Source: Eledone cirrhosa
Lineage: Eukaryota
Length of the DNA: 64,000 nucleotides
NCBI GenBank assembly: GCA_964016885.1
Contig: OZ024742.1
Location: 173,228,001 to 173,292,000, forward strand
Reading direction: 5' to 3'
Both the position numbers and the translations under genes were made by a program. Positions 26,941 to 39,647 of the stretch are shown here, piece after piece. Position 1 is the first letter of the stretch. Every line of letters begins with the position of its first letter. Below the pieces are notes generated by a model. The model saw only the letters and a list, made by a program, of their open reading frames with translations. It had not been told where the DNA came from and did no database searches.

Positions 26941-28129
26941 TGTAATCTGAGTTTTTATAATATTAATAATTGTTTCTACTTTTGGCACAAGGCCAGCAAT
27001 TAACCCAGTGCATTACTGGTACTTTATTTTATCGATCCCATAAGGAGGAAAGGCAAAGTTAACCTCAGCGGGATTTGAACTCAGAACCTGAAGGGCCATA
27101 ACTACTATGCTGCAAAGCATGGCGTCAGACCCTCTACTGATACTGCCAGTCCACCGCCATTTTCGAGTATTAATAATAACATTCCATTTGTTTTCAATTA
27201 TGCAAACAAACCTCAATTCTATAATCATGTCAGTGGAATGAACACTTTATTCTTGCTCTGGTATTGGCATGCGCGCAGAACTGCAAACCCTAATGTTTCT
27301 AGGTATCACCCTTCATCAGTACAGCTCACTTCTCACCTGCCAAACTGTCAGAGCTAGTGAATATATATGCTATTTTTTAAAATACACAGTGACTGATCGG
27401 CCTGATCTGCATGTCAGCAGACTGGTTGATGAGTCAGATCTGCATATTAGCAAACGAATCGAATGTTATTGGGGAATTGGCAGTATCGGTAGAGGGTCGG
27501 ACATGCTTTCCAGCATAGTTACGGCCCTTTACAATCTGAGTTCAAATCCGGCAGAGGGAACTGTGCCTTTCATCTTTACAGGGTCGATACAATAAAGAAC
27601 CAGTAATGTACTGGGTAATTGCTGGCCTTGTGCCTAAAATAGAAACAATTATTAATATTCGAAAAAATCAGAATAATTTATTGTATTCAGACATGTAGAG
27701 CGAAATTTTCTTTCTTTTTTTTTTATTTGGCAAAGCCGACTTTTTATCGCTCGTATATAGGTAACTGACTGGCCATTCTGCTGATATACAAATCTGGCTG
27801 ATCAGTGGATATTCTAATATGTAGATCAAAACGATCAGCCAGTCTGCTGACATGCAAATCAGGCCGATCAGTCAGTCTGTACTTTTGGTAATAGCATATA
27901 TTTTAACTAGCTCTGACAGTTAGGCAGATGAACAGTGAAACCCAGAAACATTAGTGTCAGCAGTTCTGTTCGCATGCCAACACCAGAGCGAGAATGAAAT
28001 GTTCATTCTAATGACATGGCTAAACAATTAAGGCTCGTTTGCATAATTGCAATCGAATGGAATGTTATTATTAATATTCGAAAAACTCAGAAAACATTTA
28101 TTGTAATCAGGCATGTAGAGCGAAATGTT

Positions 28130-28131
<2 letters not shown>
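26941..28131. mobile_element. head-to-head non-coding PLE-derived repeat with two nested SINEs; HHR at 27290-27320 (minus)
   Basis: 27160-27455 is the inverse of about 27810-28085. Minus strand reads CTGATGA-AGGGTGATACCTA-GAAA-CAT-TA. SINEs at 26968-27160 and 27470-27652. Confidence 0.75.
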
Positions 28132-28208
<77 letters not shown>

Positions 28209-28339
28209 GTGAGTTTATTTTTACAAAATGAAAAATAACCGAGGTGTCCTACACGAGTGAAAGTATAAAGAAAAAAAGTTGAAATCGAAAATGCAACTGG
28301 AGTCTTATTTTTAAAAAGATATATATATTTATTTGGTTT

Positions 28340-28375
28340 CTTTACCGGTTTCGCAGTTCTTCTGCTTTTCAAAAG
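28340..28375 (-). ncRNA. minimal hammerhead ribozyme with U3-A8 core pair
   Basis: CTT-TTGAAAA-GCAG AAGAA CTGC-GAAA-CCGG-TA-AAG, within a TA-flanked insert at 28202-28420. Confidence 0.75.
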
Positions 28376-28417
28376 TAGCGTTGAGATGGAGGGTCTCTGG
28401 TTTTTCTCACATCTGAG

Positions 28418-28459
<42 letters not shown>

Positions 28460-28691
28460 GATCGAGTATCGAAAAATCGGCGCACGAGTTCACGATAAAC
28501 AATATTCGAAATGAGCGGCAGAGGGCTCAATAATTCAGATGAATCAGAGCTATAACTATCGTTAAAATACCGTCACACATAGAACAAGTCTAAAATCAAC
28601 CATACGATAAAAAATCGATAATAGAAGATTCGGGACAAACAGATAAAAAATATCAATAAAACAATACATCAATAATTTAAATGAATGTAAA

Positions 28692-28763
<72 letters not shown>

Positions 28764-28780
28764 GTATATATATTATATAA

Positions 28781-28864
<84 letters not shown>

Positions 28865-28950
28865 TCATCATCATTTCATCATCATTTCATTTTACGTCCG
28901 CTTTTCCCTGCTTTGCGAGGTTTTTGATATGAAATCGTGTCGAATCAAAT

Positions 28951-29974
28951 ATTGTTATGCTTTGGAGGGTCATATTGTTGTAATAATATTGCCAGAAATA
29001 ATAACATAACACACTAACCAGTGTAGAAAGGTCCTGAGAAAGACCCACTTAAATATTAAAATGGTAGAAAAGCCAGAACTACCATAAAATCTCTGCTCAG
29101 CAAAACATACCATTTTAAGAAAACTTACTGCACTAATAGGAAATGTGTTACATGTAAATTAAACCCCCGGATGAACTGTAAAACTGTACAGATGGTACTT
29201 GCAGAAACATTTCAACAACATACATAGACGAGACAGCTCGTAGCATAGGAGAAAGGATAGAACAACTCTGGGGTGAACACGATAAAATGGTTCAGTACCA
29301 TACGAACACGCCAGACAACCACATGACGGTAACATAGACAACATAAAAATTAAAATAATATCTAAACATTGAAATGACCCAGAAGATAGGCAAATCAGTG
29401 AGGCAAGCGAAATAGAGCTTAGAAAGCCAAAGCTAAACAGAAAAAAATGAATGGAATAACAACACCCAAGCAAACAATACTGACTTAAGAGAAATATAAA
29501 TAAATGAATAAATAAATAAATATATACACAAGCACAATAACAACAAATACATATAAACACACACTAGTAAACTAAGATAGAATACAATAATCAAAACACA
29601 GTCACACAAACAGACCAAACACTATACACACACGCAAACGCATGCGCAGAGAAGAAAGCCAAACATAAATAAATAAATAAACAGATAAAATAAAGATGGC
29701 GTAGATATACAATACAACAGGAGGAACATAATAGTACCATTGATGATGTTGCAGATGTGCAAAGAAAGAACTTTGTTAGACTATATATATGTGTTTAAAT
29801 GTATATTATATCTGTATTTTTGACCGTTGGTCAGTCAATGGTAAACATTGGGGACGGAATTAATTACCTGTGGAGATATAAAAGTTACAGAAGCGAAAAC
29901 CAATCAAACAGTGAGTGTGTTCTGTTAATATTTCTGGCAATATTATGATAACAATATGACGCTCTCCAAGTATA
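28951..29974 (+). mobile_element. 5'-truncated PLE (GIY-YIG remnant at 29021-29470) with inverted copy of its 3' end
   Basis: Manual translation gives CTNRKCVTC, YIDETARSIGERI and EASEIELRKPKLN. HHR TTGATGA..GAAAGAACTT at about 29737-29775. 28951-29020 is the inverse of 29905-29974. Confidence 0.75.
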
Positions 29975-30271
29975 TCTATATATATATATATATATATAAA
30001 TATGTGTCCTATATGTAATTAATACGTACAGGGATACAAGTATAGTCGGTAGTAAGTACAGTGAATTTTTTGTAATTTAACTATTTATTATTATTTTAAA
30101 GATATTTTCTGTGTTTACACTCCCTTGATTTTATATATATATATATATATATATAAACGTTAGAATATGTGTAATAAGGCCAAGACAATGCAGATATGGA
30201 CATAGAAAAAGAATGCAATAGTGAGAGATATTGGTGAGAATTAGTCTTTCACCTTGAATTTATTTAAATGT

Positions 30272-30306
30272 CCTTAATTTTCGAGATAATATCTCTTCTT
30301 CGGAGG
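30272..30306 (-). ncRNA. minimal hammerhead ribozyme, U4C variant, in 3' pLTR
   Basis: CCT-CCGAAGA-A GAGAT ATT ATCTC-GAA-AATT-A-AGG. Confidence 0.75.
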
Positions 30307-30682
30307 GAAGTAAAAGTCTCAGACCAGCGTCTAAATTTCCAATGAAGCCATGCTGACCGGAAATAGTATAGAGTTCTAACTTTAATATCAAAGAATTAAA
30401 TTAGGTGGGTAAAGAGTAGTCTCCCTTTAAGAGGGGTTTGTTTATGTTTTTGTTGTGTTATGTAAATTTTATATGCGTGCCTGTATATGTGTGTGGGAGA
30501 AAGCATGAAGGTGTAGGTATGTGTGTGTGTGTGAGTGTGGGAAGATAGGTCTAATCGTAAAAGTGGGGGGTAGGTGTTATCTGGTGTTAGAACTGGTTTT
30601 GTGTGTGTATGTGTGAGAGAGAATAAGTGGGGGTGTGTGCGTGCGTGTGTGTGGGGTGTGTAAAGTGGGGCTAGAGGCCCTA

Positions 30683-33265
30683 TCAGGTTATAAATTGGGT
30701 GTTGAGCTCTAGTCTATTATTGATTGGTGGATGTGTTCTATCTATAATGAGTGCTTCCTTGATTCTAAGATTACCGAGGTTTCTTTCTTTAGTTTCTATC
30801 CTAACTGTTATGTTTTTATCAGTGTTTTTGCATTTAACTAGGTGTTTCTTAAATGAGGAAGCGTTAGTATTGAGGTGTTCTTTTATTCTTATGTGGAGTG
30901 GTCTGGTGGTGCTACCTACGTAGAAGTTGTTGCATTTGTCACACTCTAGTCTGTAAACTACGTAAGCCTGGTGGCATAGGTCTGTGTCGTTGATGGGGCA
31001 GTTGGCTAGTCTGCAGCAGTTGTCATGTCTGGTGGAGTGTCTCTTAGCTAGCCGTCCACGCAAAGAAGGACCCGAATGGGCCAGTTGAATATCCAGACCT
31101 TCTCGTCTGATGGCTCTGCGGATGGCTGTTGTTGTTTCTTCACTGAAGTGTGGGAGCTTCAGGAAGCAAGTGTTAGTGCCTCGGGTGTGGTGTCCTCTGT
31201 TCTTTCTGGCACGGTTTGTGGTGGATGTCGTGTATCCGTTCAGTTTGAGTACTTCCAGGAAATGTGTGGTGTGTGTGTCTCGGTCTCTGGCGTCGGTGCA
31301 TTTGTTCTTGATACGTGCCAGTTCGTTCTTTATGTATCCGAACTTGGCACCGAGTGGGAGGGCCGATCTGAAATGTACGAACAGGTCCCTGCTGGCGGAT
31401 TTTTTATAGAAGCAGGTGTGGATGTTGCCTTCCTCTGTTACCCTGAGTTGGAAGTCCAGCAGGGATAGGGATCCGCGGTCATCGGGGTGTTCAATGCTGA
31501 ACTTTATACTGGCGTCCATGCTGGAGAATGTTGTGTATATTTTCTCTGCCTCTTCACGGGATGATGTAAGGATGAGTATGTCATCTACATATCGGGTGAA
31601 GAAGGCATGGGAATGGCAGGTGTTGAGGGCTCGGCATTCTAGCTGGTTCATGTAAGTGATGGCCAGCAGGCCAGAGAGGCTGGATCCCATGGGTAATCCT
31701 GTTGTCTGTCTGTATGTGTGGTGGTGGAAGGTGAAGTACGTGTTGTCTACCGTGAAGGACAAAAGTTGGTGTATGTCCGTCGGGTGGAGGCCGTAGCAGT
31801 GGATGTTCTCTGCGACCACGCAGTCCGTCAATAAATCGACAGCTGGGTGAGCGGGGACTGTAGTGTAGAGGGAGACAACGTCGAGGCTAAAAGCGTATTT
31901 ATTAAGTTTAAGTTGTTCTGGCTGGAGTTGGTGTAATCTACGTATAACTTCGTCGGAGCTACTGACATGTCCGGGGAAGGTGGAGAGTAGAGGCTTGAGG
32001 ACCTGGGAGAGAAGCCAGGAAATTTTGTATAGGGGTCCTTCTATGCTAGAGACGATGGGTCTTATATGCGTATTAGTGCTATTCTTGTGGGTCTTGATGA
32101 GGTGGTAGAAAGTGGGCAGTCTGCTATTTCTAGTGGTGTAGTTGAGTTTAATTTTATTCGGGAGTTGTCTTCTCCTACAGATATCGAACCAAATGGAGTT
32201 GGTCTGTTTTTCGATTTGGGCTGCGGTCATGTCCGGGATCACTGTGTACAGTTCACTGTCGCTTAGGTGTTCGAAGGCTAGGTTATTGTATGTGGCTTGA
32301 GAGATGACGCAGAACTCTTTACCTTTGTCGGATGGTAAGTAAATAAGTTCCTTATTCCGTAGGTTCTTCAGGGCGAGTTGTTGTGTCCTGGAGAGGTTAG
32401 GGGCCATCTTCTTCTGTTTCCGTAAGATGTTAAATACGGAATGTTTTAGTCTCGAGAGTTTATCTTCCAGCTCGCGGTTGGCGGGCGGTGGATAGAGTGG
32501 GCGATCTAGTTGGTATATCGGGAATCTGGGTGTGGTGGATTCCGTGGTGTTGTTGTCGAGAGTCGATATCCATTTCAGTTGGTAGGCAGCTCGACAGAAA
32601 TTCGTTTCTATGTCGAGCCATAGTCTGTCGTCCAGTCTCTGTTTCAATATGAACTTGGGACCCAGGCTGAGGAGGTCTAATTCCTCTCGGGAGAGGGATC
32701 CTGTCAAGTCTGTGACGAGGTGTTTTGCGTCAGGTGTGTTGTTGGTCGGGGTGCCGCTAGGTTCGGTGTTGGTAACGTATTGTTCGCCTCTGTTGGTGTT
32801 TGGCGTTGGGATGTTGTTAAGACAGTTGGCCGTCCTGAGTTTGAGAAATTTTTGTGTTAGGCGTTTTTTCTCGTAGTCTCGGCGGTGGTGGTATGACCTG
32901 TCTATAGTGGCGGAGATGACCTTGGACAGAGGTTCTGGGGTTTCAGCGAGTTGTGGTACAAGGCTGGAGATAGTCCGTATGTGATGTTGTAGCGTGCGGT
33001 GTAGGTGTTGTATGAGTTTTCTTAGGCAGAATTTTTGTATGTAACTGAGAGATCGTTTGAGGCCTGGTGAATTGAAGCATGTTGGTAGGTGTAAATTTTT
33101 GATGGTTTTGGGAATGATGTTGTTGTTCAGGCATCGTTTTAGGAAATTTATTTGGCAGCCGGCTTTGGCGCGCTTTTCAGATAGCTGGAAGAGTTTCTTT
33201 ACAGTTGTGAACTGGGCCTGGCTCAGGCGTAATGAAAGGAGGAGGTTATAGTTCACTTGAAGCAT
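30683..33265 (-). CDS. intact Penelope-like reverse transcriptase / GIY-YIG endonuclease, 860 aa
   Basis: PSDKG, IKTHK, RPIVS, SLDVVSLYT, QTTGLPMGS, RYVDD, LSLLD, VVYRLEC..FYVGSTTR..RIKEH and KEALII..IN. No stops. Confidence 0.97.
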   Translation of the reverse strand: MLQVNYNLLLSLRLSQAQFTTVKKLFQLSEKRAKAGCQINFLKRCLNNNIIPKTIKNLHLPTCFNSPGLKRSLSYIQKFCLRKLIQHLHRTLQHHIRTISSLVPQLAETPEPLSKVISATIDRSYHHRRDYEKKRLTQKFLKLRTANCLNNIPTPNTNRGEQYVTNTEPSGTPTNNTPDAKHLVTDLTGSLSREELDLLSLGPKFILKQRLDDRLWLDIETNFCRAAYQLKWISTLDNNTTESTTPRFPIYQLDRPLYPPPANRELEDKLSRLKHSVFNILRKQKKMAPNLSRTQQLALKNLRNKELIYLPSDKGKEFCVISQATYNNLAFEHLSDSELYTVIPDMTAAQIEKQTNSIWFDICRRRQLPNKIKLNYTTRNSRLPTFYHLIKTHKNSTNTHIRPIVSSIEGPLYKISWLLSQVLKPLLSTFPGHVSSSDEVIRRLHQLQPEQLKLNKYAFSLDVVSLYTTVPAHPAVDLLTDCVVAENIHCYGLHPTDIHQLLSFTVDNTYFTFHHHTYRQTTGLPMGSSLSGLLAITYMNQLECRALNTCHSHAFFTRYVDDILILTSSREEAEKIYTTFSSMDASIKFSIEHPDDRGSLSLLDFQLRVTEEGNIHTCFYKKSASRDLFVHFRSALPLGAKFGYIKNELARIKNKCTDARDRDTHTTHFLEVLKLNGYTTSTTNRARKNRGHHTRGTNTCFLKLPHFSEETTTAIRRAIRREGLDIQLAHSGPSLRGRLAKRHSTRHDNCCRLANCPINDTDLCHQAYVVYRLECDKCNNFYVGSTTRPLHIRIKEHLNTNASSFKKHLVKCKNTDKNITVRIETKERNLGNLRIKEALIIDRTHPPINNRLELNTQFIT

Positions 33266-33389
33266 TGTGTAATGAGGTATAAACGTTAGAATATGTGTAA
33301 TAAGGCCAAGACAATGCAGATATGGACATAGAAAAAGAATGCAATAGGCTTCATTGGAAATTTAGACGCTGGTCTGAGACTTTTACTTC

Positions 33390-33424
33390 CCTCCGAAGAA
33401 GAGATATTATCTCGAAAATTAAGG
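33390..33424 (+). ncRNA. minimal hammerhead ribozyme, U4C variant, in central pLTR
   Basis: Identical to 30272-30306. Lies in the 127-nt spacer (33348-33474) of the inverted repeat. Confidence 0.75.
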
Positions 33425-33556
33425 ACATTTAAATAAATTCAAGGTGAAAGACTAATTCTCACCAATATCTCTCACTATTGCATTCTTTTTCTATGTCCAT
33501 ATCTGCATTGTCTTGGCCTTATTACACATATTCTAACGTTTATACCTCATTACACA

Positions 33557-35069
33557 ATGCTTCAAGTGAACTATAACCTCCTCCTTTCATTACGCCTGAG
33601 CCAGGCCCAGTTCACAACTGTAAAGAAACTCTTCCAGCTATCTGAAAAGCGCGCCAAAGCCGGCTGCCAAATAAATTTCCTAAAACGATGCCTGAACAAC
33701 AACATCATTCCCAAAACCATCAAAAATTTACACCTACCAACATGCTTCAATTCACCAGGCCTCAAACGATCTCTCAGTTACATACAAAAATTCTGCCTAA
33801 GAAAACTCATACAACACCTACACCGCACGCTACAACATCACATACGGACTATCTCCAGCCTTGTACCACAACTCGCTGAAACCCCAGAACCTCTGTCCAA
33901 GGTCATCTCCGCCACTATAGACAGGTCATACCACCACCGCCGAGACTACGAGAAAAAACGCCTAACACAAACATTTCTCAAACTCAGGACGGCCAACTGT
34001 CTTAACAACATCCCAACGCCAAACACCAACAGAGGCGAACAATACGTTACCAACACCGAACCTAGCGGCACCCCGACCAACAACACACCTGACGCAAAAC
34101 ACCTCGTCACAGACTTGACAGGATCCCTCTCCCGAGAGGAATTAGACCTCCTCAGCCTGGGTCCCAAGTTCATATTGAAACAGAGACTGGACGACAGACT
34201 ATGGCTCGACATAGAAACGAATTTCTGTCGAGCTGCCTACCAACTGAAATGGATATCGACTCTCGACAACAACACCACGGAATCCACCACACCCAGATTC
34301 CCGATATACCAACTAGATCGCCCACTCTATCCACCGCCCGCCAACCGCGAGCTGGAAGATAAACTCTCGAGACTAAAACATTCCGTATTTAACATCTTAC
34401 GGAAACAGAAGAAGATGGCCCCTAACCTCTCCAGGACACAACAACTCGCCCTGAAGAACCTACGGAATAAGGAACTTATTTACTTACCATCCGACAAAGG
34501 TAAAGAGTTCTGCGTCATCTCTCAAGCCACATACAATAACCTAGCCTTCGAACACCTAAGCGACAGTGAACTGTACACAGTGATACCGGGCATGAGCGCA
34601 GCCCAAATCGAAAAACAGACCAACTCCATTTGGTTCGATATCTGTAGGAGAAGACAACTCCCGAATAAAATTAAACTCAACTACACCACTAGAAATAGCA
34701 GACTGCCCACTTTCTACCACCTCATCAAGACCCACAAGAATAGCACTAAGACGCATATAAGACCCATCGTCTCTAGCATAGAAGGACCCCTATACAAAAT
34801 TTCCTGGCTTCTCTCCCAGGTCCTCAAGCCTCTACTCTCCACCTTCCCCGGACATGTCAGTAGCTCCGACGAAGTTATACGTAGATTACACCAACTCCAG
34901 CCAGAACAACTTAAACTTAATAAATACGCTTTTAGCCTCGACGTTGTCTCCCTCTACACTACAGTCCCCGCTCACCCAGCTGTCGATTTATTGACGGACT
35001 GCGTGGTCGCAGAGAACATCCACTGCTACGGCCTCCACCCGACGGACATACACCAACTTTTGTCCTTCA
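33557..35069 (+). CDS. second copy of the PLE ORF, open until the assembly gap
   Basis: Near-identical to the first ~504 aa of 30683-33265; four amino-acid differences are visible. Confidence 0.9.
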
Positions 35070-35269
35070 NNNNNNNNNNNNNNNNNNNNNNNNNNNNNNN
35101 NNNNNNNNNNNNNNNNNNNNNNNNNNNNNNNNNNNNNNNNNNNNNNNNNNNNNNNNNNNNNNNNNNNNNNNNNNNNNNNNNNNNNNNNNNNNNNNNNNNN
35201 NNNNNNNNNNNNNNNNNNNNNNNNNNNNNNNNNNNNNNNNNNNNNNNNNNNNNNNNNNNNNNNNNNNNN
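35070..35269. other. assembly gap (200 N)
   Basis: Direct reading. Confidence 1.
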
Positions 35270-35406
35270 ATATATATATATATATGAGTGTTGCCGTACA
35301 TGTACAGCAACACTCATCTTTTTCTATTTCTCTGAAGGTTATAAACCCCACTATCAGCCTAGAAATTTATTTAGTCTAAAATACGGTGAAAGCTTATAAT
35401 TTCTAA

Positions 35407-35477
<71 letters not shown>

Positions 35478-35620
35478 TATATAACAAAGGAATTGTGGTA
35501 AGGAACCAGATGGACCATAACGCACCAGATTACTCAATACTTAGGGTAGTAGAGTGGGAAATAGGAAAACATATGACTAGTCCAGAAATACCCATCGAAA
35601 CGGCTTGAGCTCTGTCGTCG

Positions 35621-35686
<66 letters not shown>

Positions 35687-36729
35687 TTTGCGTTACTCTG
35701 TGTGTGTGTATGTATGTGTTCCTGCGTATATTTGCGTACATCTGTGTGTGTTTGTGAGTTTGTTGGCGTAGGCCAATGAACGCAAATGTTGTTTGTCATG
35801 ATTCAGTAAGCTTATTAGTATTACTTTCAGTAGAAAGTTGAACTTATGTGGTTTCTTTCCATCATAGTTATATATACGTAGATAAGTATTTATTGTCATA
35901 TTTGCACTACCTTGCATTCATATAAATATCACTAGACATCTTGCATATATACATATACAAACCTAGACATACTTCTTAACGTTAAAATTGATAGTGAACT
36001 AGGATACTGAATAAATATTGTTACCATCCAAGTGTTTACTCAGCTTTAATTTTCCGACTTGATTTAGAAACTCTTTCATAGACATGATAGTTGATTAATT
36101 TTTATAATTTTGCCATGAAACCTCCCAAATATATCCGGATGTACGCCAATCCCGTTTATTCCCATAAGATTCTAGAGAAAATCACAGGATAGCATAGTCA
36201 TTAAAGTTACATTTCCGCCACGTTCTTGTGGGACATTTATCTATGACAATGCAATTATAAAATTCTACGCGTGATACTACAGAGTAAACATGATTAAATT
36301 AATGCAAAGTTACCTCGAAAATTTTGATAATATAATTTTACCTTATTATCTTGTGGTACCTCGGGGAAATCAATCCTTGTTTGGGGTGCACATTTGTACT
36401 TATTAATATCAAATGAATGAAGTTTAACTGTCGTTATTTAACACGAAAAACACACATATTTTGGCTATTAAGAAATCTATCTCGCATATAAATAGCTTCT
36501 CCAAGCAACATAGCAAACAGTTATATATCTTTCTCGGCCAATTTCTCTGAATGTGCTTCTACGCCATTCTGTTTCCTACTTTAATTTATTTTTTGTTTTC
36601 TAGAATAATTATCGCTAACATTCTATATTTTTATATCAACAAATAGTCTTGTCATTCTACTCTATTTTTTATATTTTTATTGGTGCATGTCTTTTCTCTT
36701 CTTCCATATAAATCCTATCCTTTTTTCTA

Positions 36730-36775
<46 letters not shown>

Positions 36776-37254
36776 TCCACGGACACACATAAGCTACAAC
36801 CCTTCTTTATTTCATAATGTTTAACCTTTCATCTTTTCCACTATATGATTCTCATGTAATTCTTACATCGTCTATCATGCTTCTTACATTCATATCATAC
36901 TTCACATCGTTGGCTATTTTTGTTGACACTGCACCAAACAAAAAGATGCTCGGTCAATAAAGGAAAGAATCACATTCCCACAGATCAAGCACAATCGCGT
37001 TACATATTCACCTCAAACATTCTTTTTTACCGTCCCACATGCCTTTGTCATCCGTAAAATACGCTCTCTTCTCCACAAACATTCAGCATCATTGCATCCA
37101 ACACATACTCGTAGAACATACATAAGTATATAAAGGTTACACATCTAATTCGTGCCAAATAACATACGAATACTATTTGAAATTCTGGTGAGGGCAGCTT
37201 GGTATATTAAATTGTATATATATATACATGCATTCTATCTATGTATGTATGTAC

Positions 37255-37345
<91 letters not shown>

Positions 37346-38099
37346 CTTAGAAACACTCTTCAAGAAAATAAAAAAAGAAAAAAAAAAAGATATGGACAAA
37401 TGAATTAGGAATTGAAATATATAAAAATCTATCAAGAAATATAATTAGGTGTGTGTATATGTATGTATATACGCTCAAAATGTGCATATATGGGTATGCA
37501 TATATGTATACGTATAGTGAAAAAGTGTGTGTAAATCTAAACTTTAGGGCAAATGTATCTGTATGTCTGTAATCTACAGACAGAATAGTTACATCATAAG
37601 TATATGAATATGAAGGCGCGCGCATAAACACACCTACACACACGTACACTTAGATGCGGAAGTAAAAGAGGTAAGGGAGTGTAATAATTAAAGGAACGTA
37701 TCAATCTCGATATATTTATAAAAATGTAACAATCAATTAGAAAGAAAACATTTTAGAAAGAAAAAATTGAAGAAAAGAAGACAAAAAAAGGGTACATACA
37801 TACACAGACACGGATGTCTCACAAAAGAAACGCAAAAATATACATGCTTATATACACACGCGCACTTACACATCCATACGTTCGATACGTACATACACAC
37901 ACACACACACACACATACTTACACTCACGCATATTGACCTGTTTGCATGCACACGCATAAACATGAGTAAGTTAAAAAAAAAGGGGGGGGGGGTAAGAAG
38001 AAAAAAGGAACAAAACATAAAACCGAGATGTCAAAAACACTGATATAAAGACACATACACATACGCATAATATATACATACACACACACACATATATAT

Positions 38100-38167
<68 letters not shown>

Positions 38168-39358
38168 ACATACACGCACGCGCGCGCACATACGTAGTCA
38201 CTCATGTACATATATAAAAGTATACACACATTAAGGCGTACAGCCATATTGATACAGGGTGTAAAAAACTTGTGGATAAGTAAGTACAAATATAAAATTG
38301 TAAGATTGGCTGCGTAAAAATAAAAAAATAAAAATAAAAATGAAAAATATATCTGGATTGAAAAACACAAAAGACATGTATAATCAGTTAGTGGAGGAAG
38401 AAGGGAAGTAAAAAAAGGGGGAAGTAAAAAATGGAAAGTGAATCGGAGAATAAAGGGGGTGGGGGGTTGATGTGAAGTAAAAATAAAAAAATAATAAGAA
38501 TAAAAATAAATGAAATTATTGACAAGGATAAAAATGAAAGTAAGTTTGAAAGGGTAATTAAAAAGGGATTTGAAAGACCAAGGCATCCAATACAAATTAG
38601 ATTGGTCAATTTTGAACCAATCTAAAGAATATGCTAGAGGAACAAGAAAATGCACGCTCTGCATAAATGAAAAATGTAAGCTCTGCATAAATGAAAAATA
38701 TTGGATATTGTAAAATCTAAAATCACCAAAGACCTGCCTGAACACAAAGACGGAAATTTTCACCAGTTGCCCACACATCAAATCACACCTGTTTTCCAGC
38801 TCATATAAACTTAACACACTTTCAGATACGTATGCTCCATAAACTCTTATTATTCTCTTTTTAATTACCCTTTCTGACTTACTTTCATGTATGTACCCTT
38901 TTTTTGTCTTCTTTTCTTTAATTTTTTCTTTCTAAAATTTTTTCTTTCTAATTTATTGTTACATTTTTATAAATATATCGAGATTGATACTTTCCTTTAA
39001 TTATTACACTCCGTTACCTCTTTTACTTCCGCATCTAAGTGTACGTGTGTGTAGGTGTCTTTATGCGCGCGCCTTCATATTCATATACTTATGATGTAAC
39101 TATTCTGTCTGTAGATTACAGACATACAGATACATTTGCCCTAAATTTTTGATTTACAGACACTTTTTCACTATACGTATACATATGTGCATACACATAT
39201 ATGCACATCTGTGAGCGTATATACATACATATACACACACCTAACTATATTTCTTCATAGATTTTTATATATTTCGATTTCTAATTCATTTGTCTATAAC
39301 TTTTTTTTTTTTTTTTGATTTTCTTGATTAAGTATTTACCCATGTTTTATATTGCCTC

Positions 39359-39428
39359 GTCTGACGAACGAATGAAGACGTTTCTTTCGTATTCGCCTCA
39401 TTCGGGAAACCTCTGGTAATGAGGTAAT
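39359..39428 (+). ncRNA. type I hammerhead ribozyme (5' pLTR copy)
   Basis: CTGACGA-A CGAATGA..TCATTCG G-GAAA-CCTC TGGTAAT GAGG-TA. Stem I is weak. Confidence 0.7.
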
Positions 39429-39647
39429 TATATTGTATTTATTTTTATACATTAAATTTTGCTCTGATACTTACATAGAGCACTCTTCACTTCTATGACC
39501 TTTTCTGTTTCCAACGGAAATTTCAATACTTATAAAGCTCCCAAGGAAATGATTGCAGCATATTCTACATCGTTATGAGATTGGCACCTTCCAGCCCTTT
39601 TAAAGTCGAGCACTCTTCAGTCATAGGATTTTAAACCAATACCGAAC

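Larger units (their letters stand above)
30152..35069. mobile_element. young Penelope-like element, head-to-head dimer
   Basis: pLTR 30152-30349 is the inverse of 33347-33544. Inverted arms 31753-33347 and 33475-35069. (TA)n at the left end and after the gap. Confidence 0.95.

Noticed and set aside
28951-29974. DNA transposon with 70-bp TIRs
   Set aside because: The interior is a PLE endonuclease remnant plus an HHR; the 'TIR' is an inverted 3' end.
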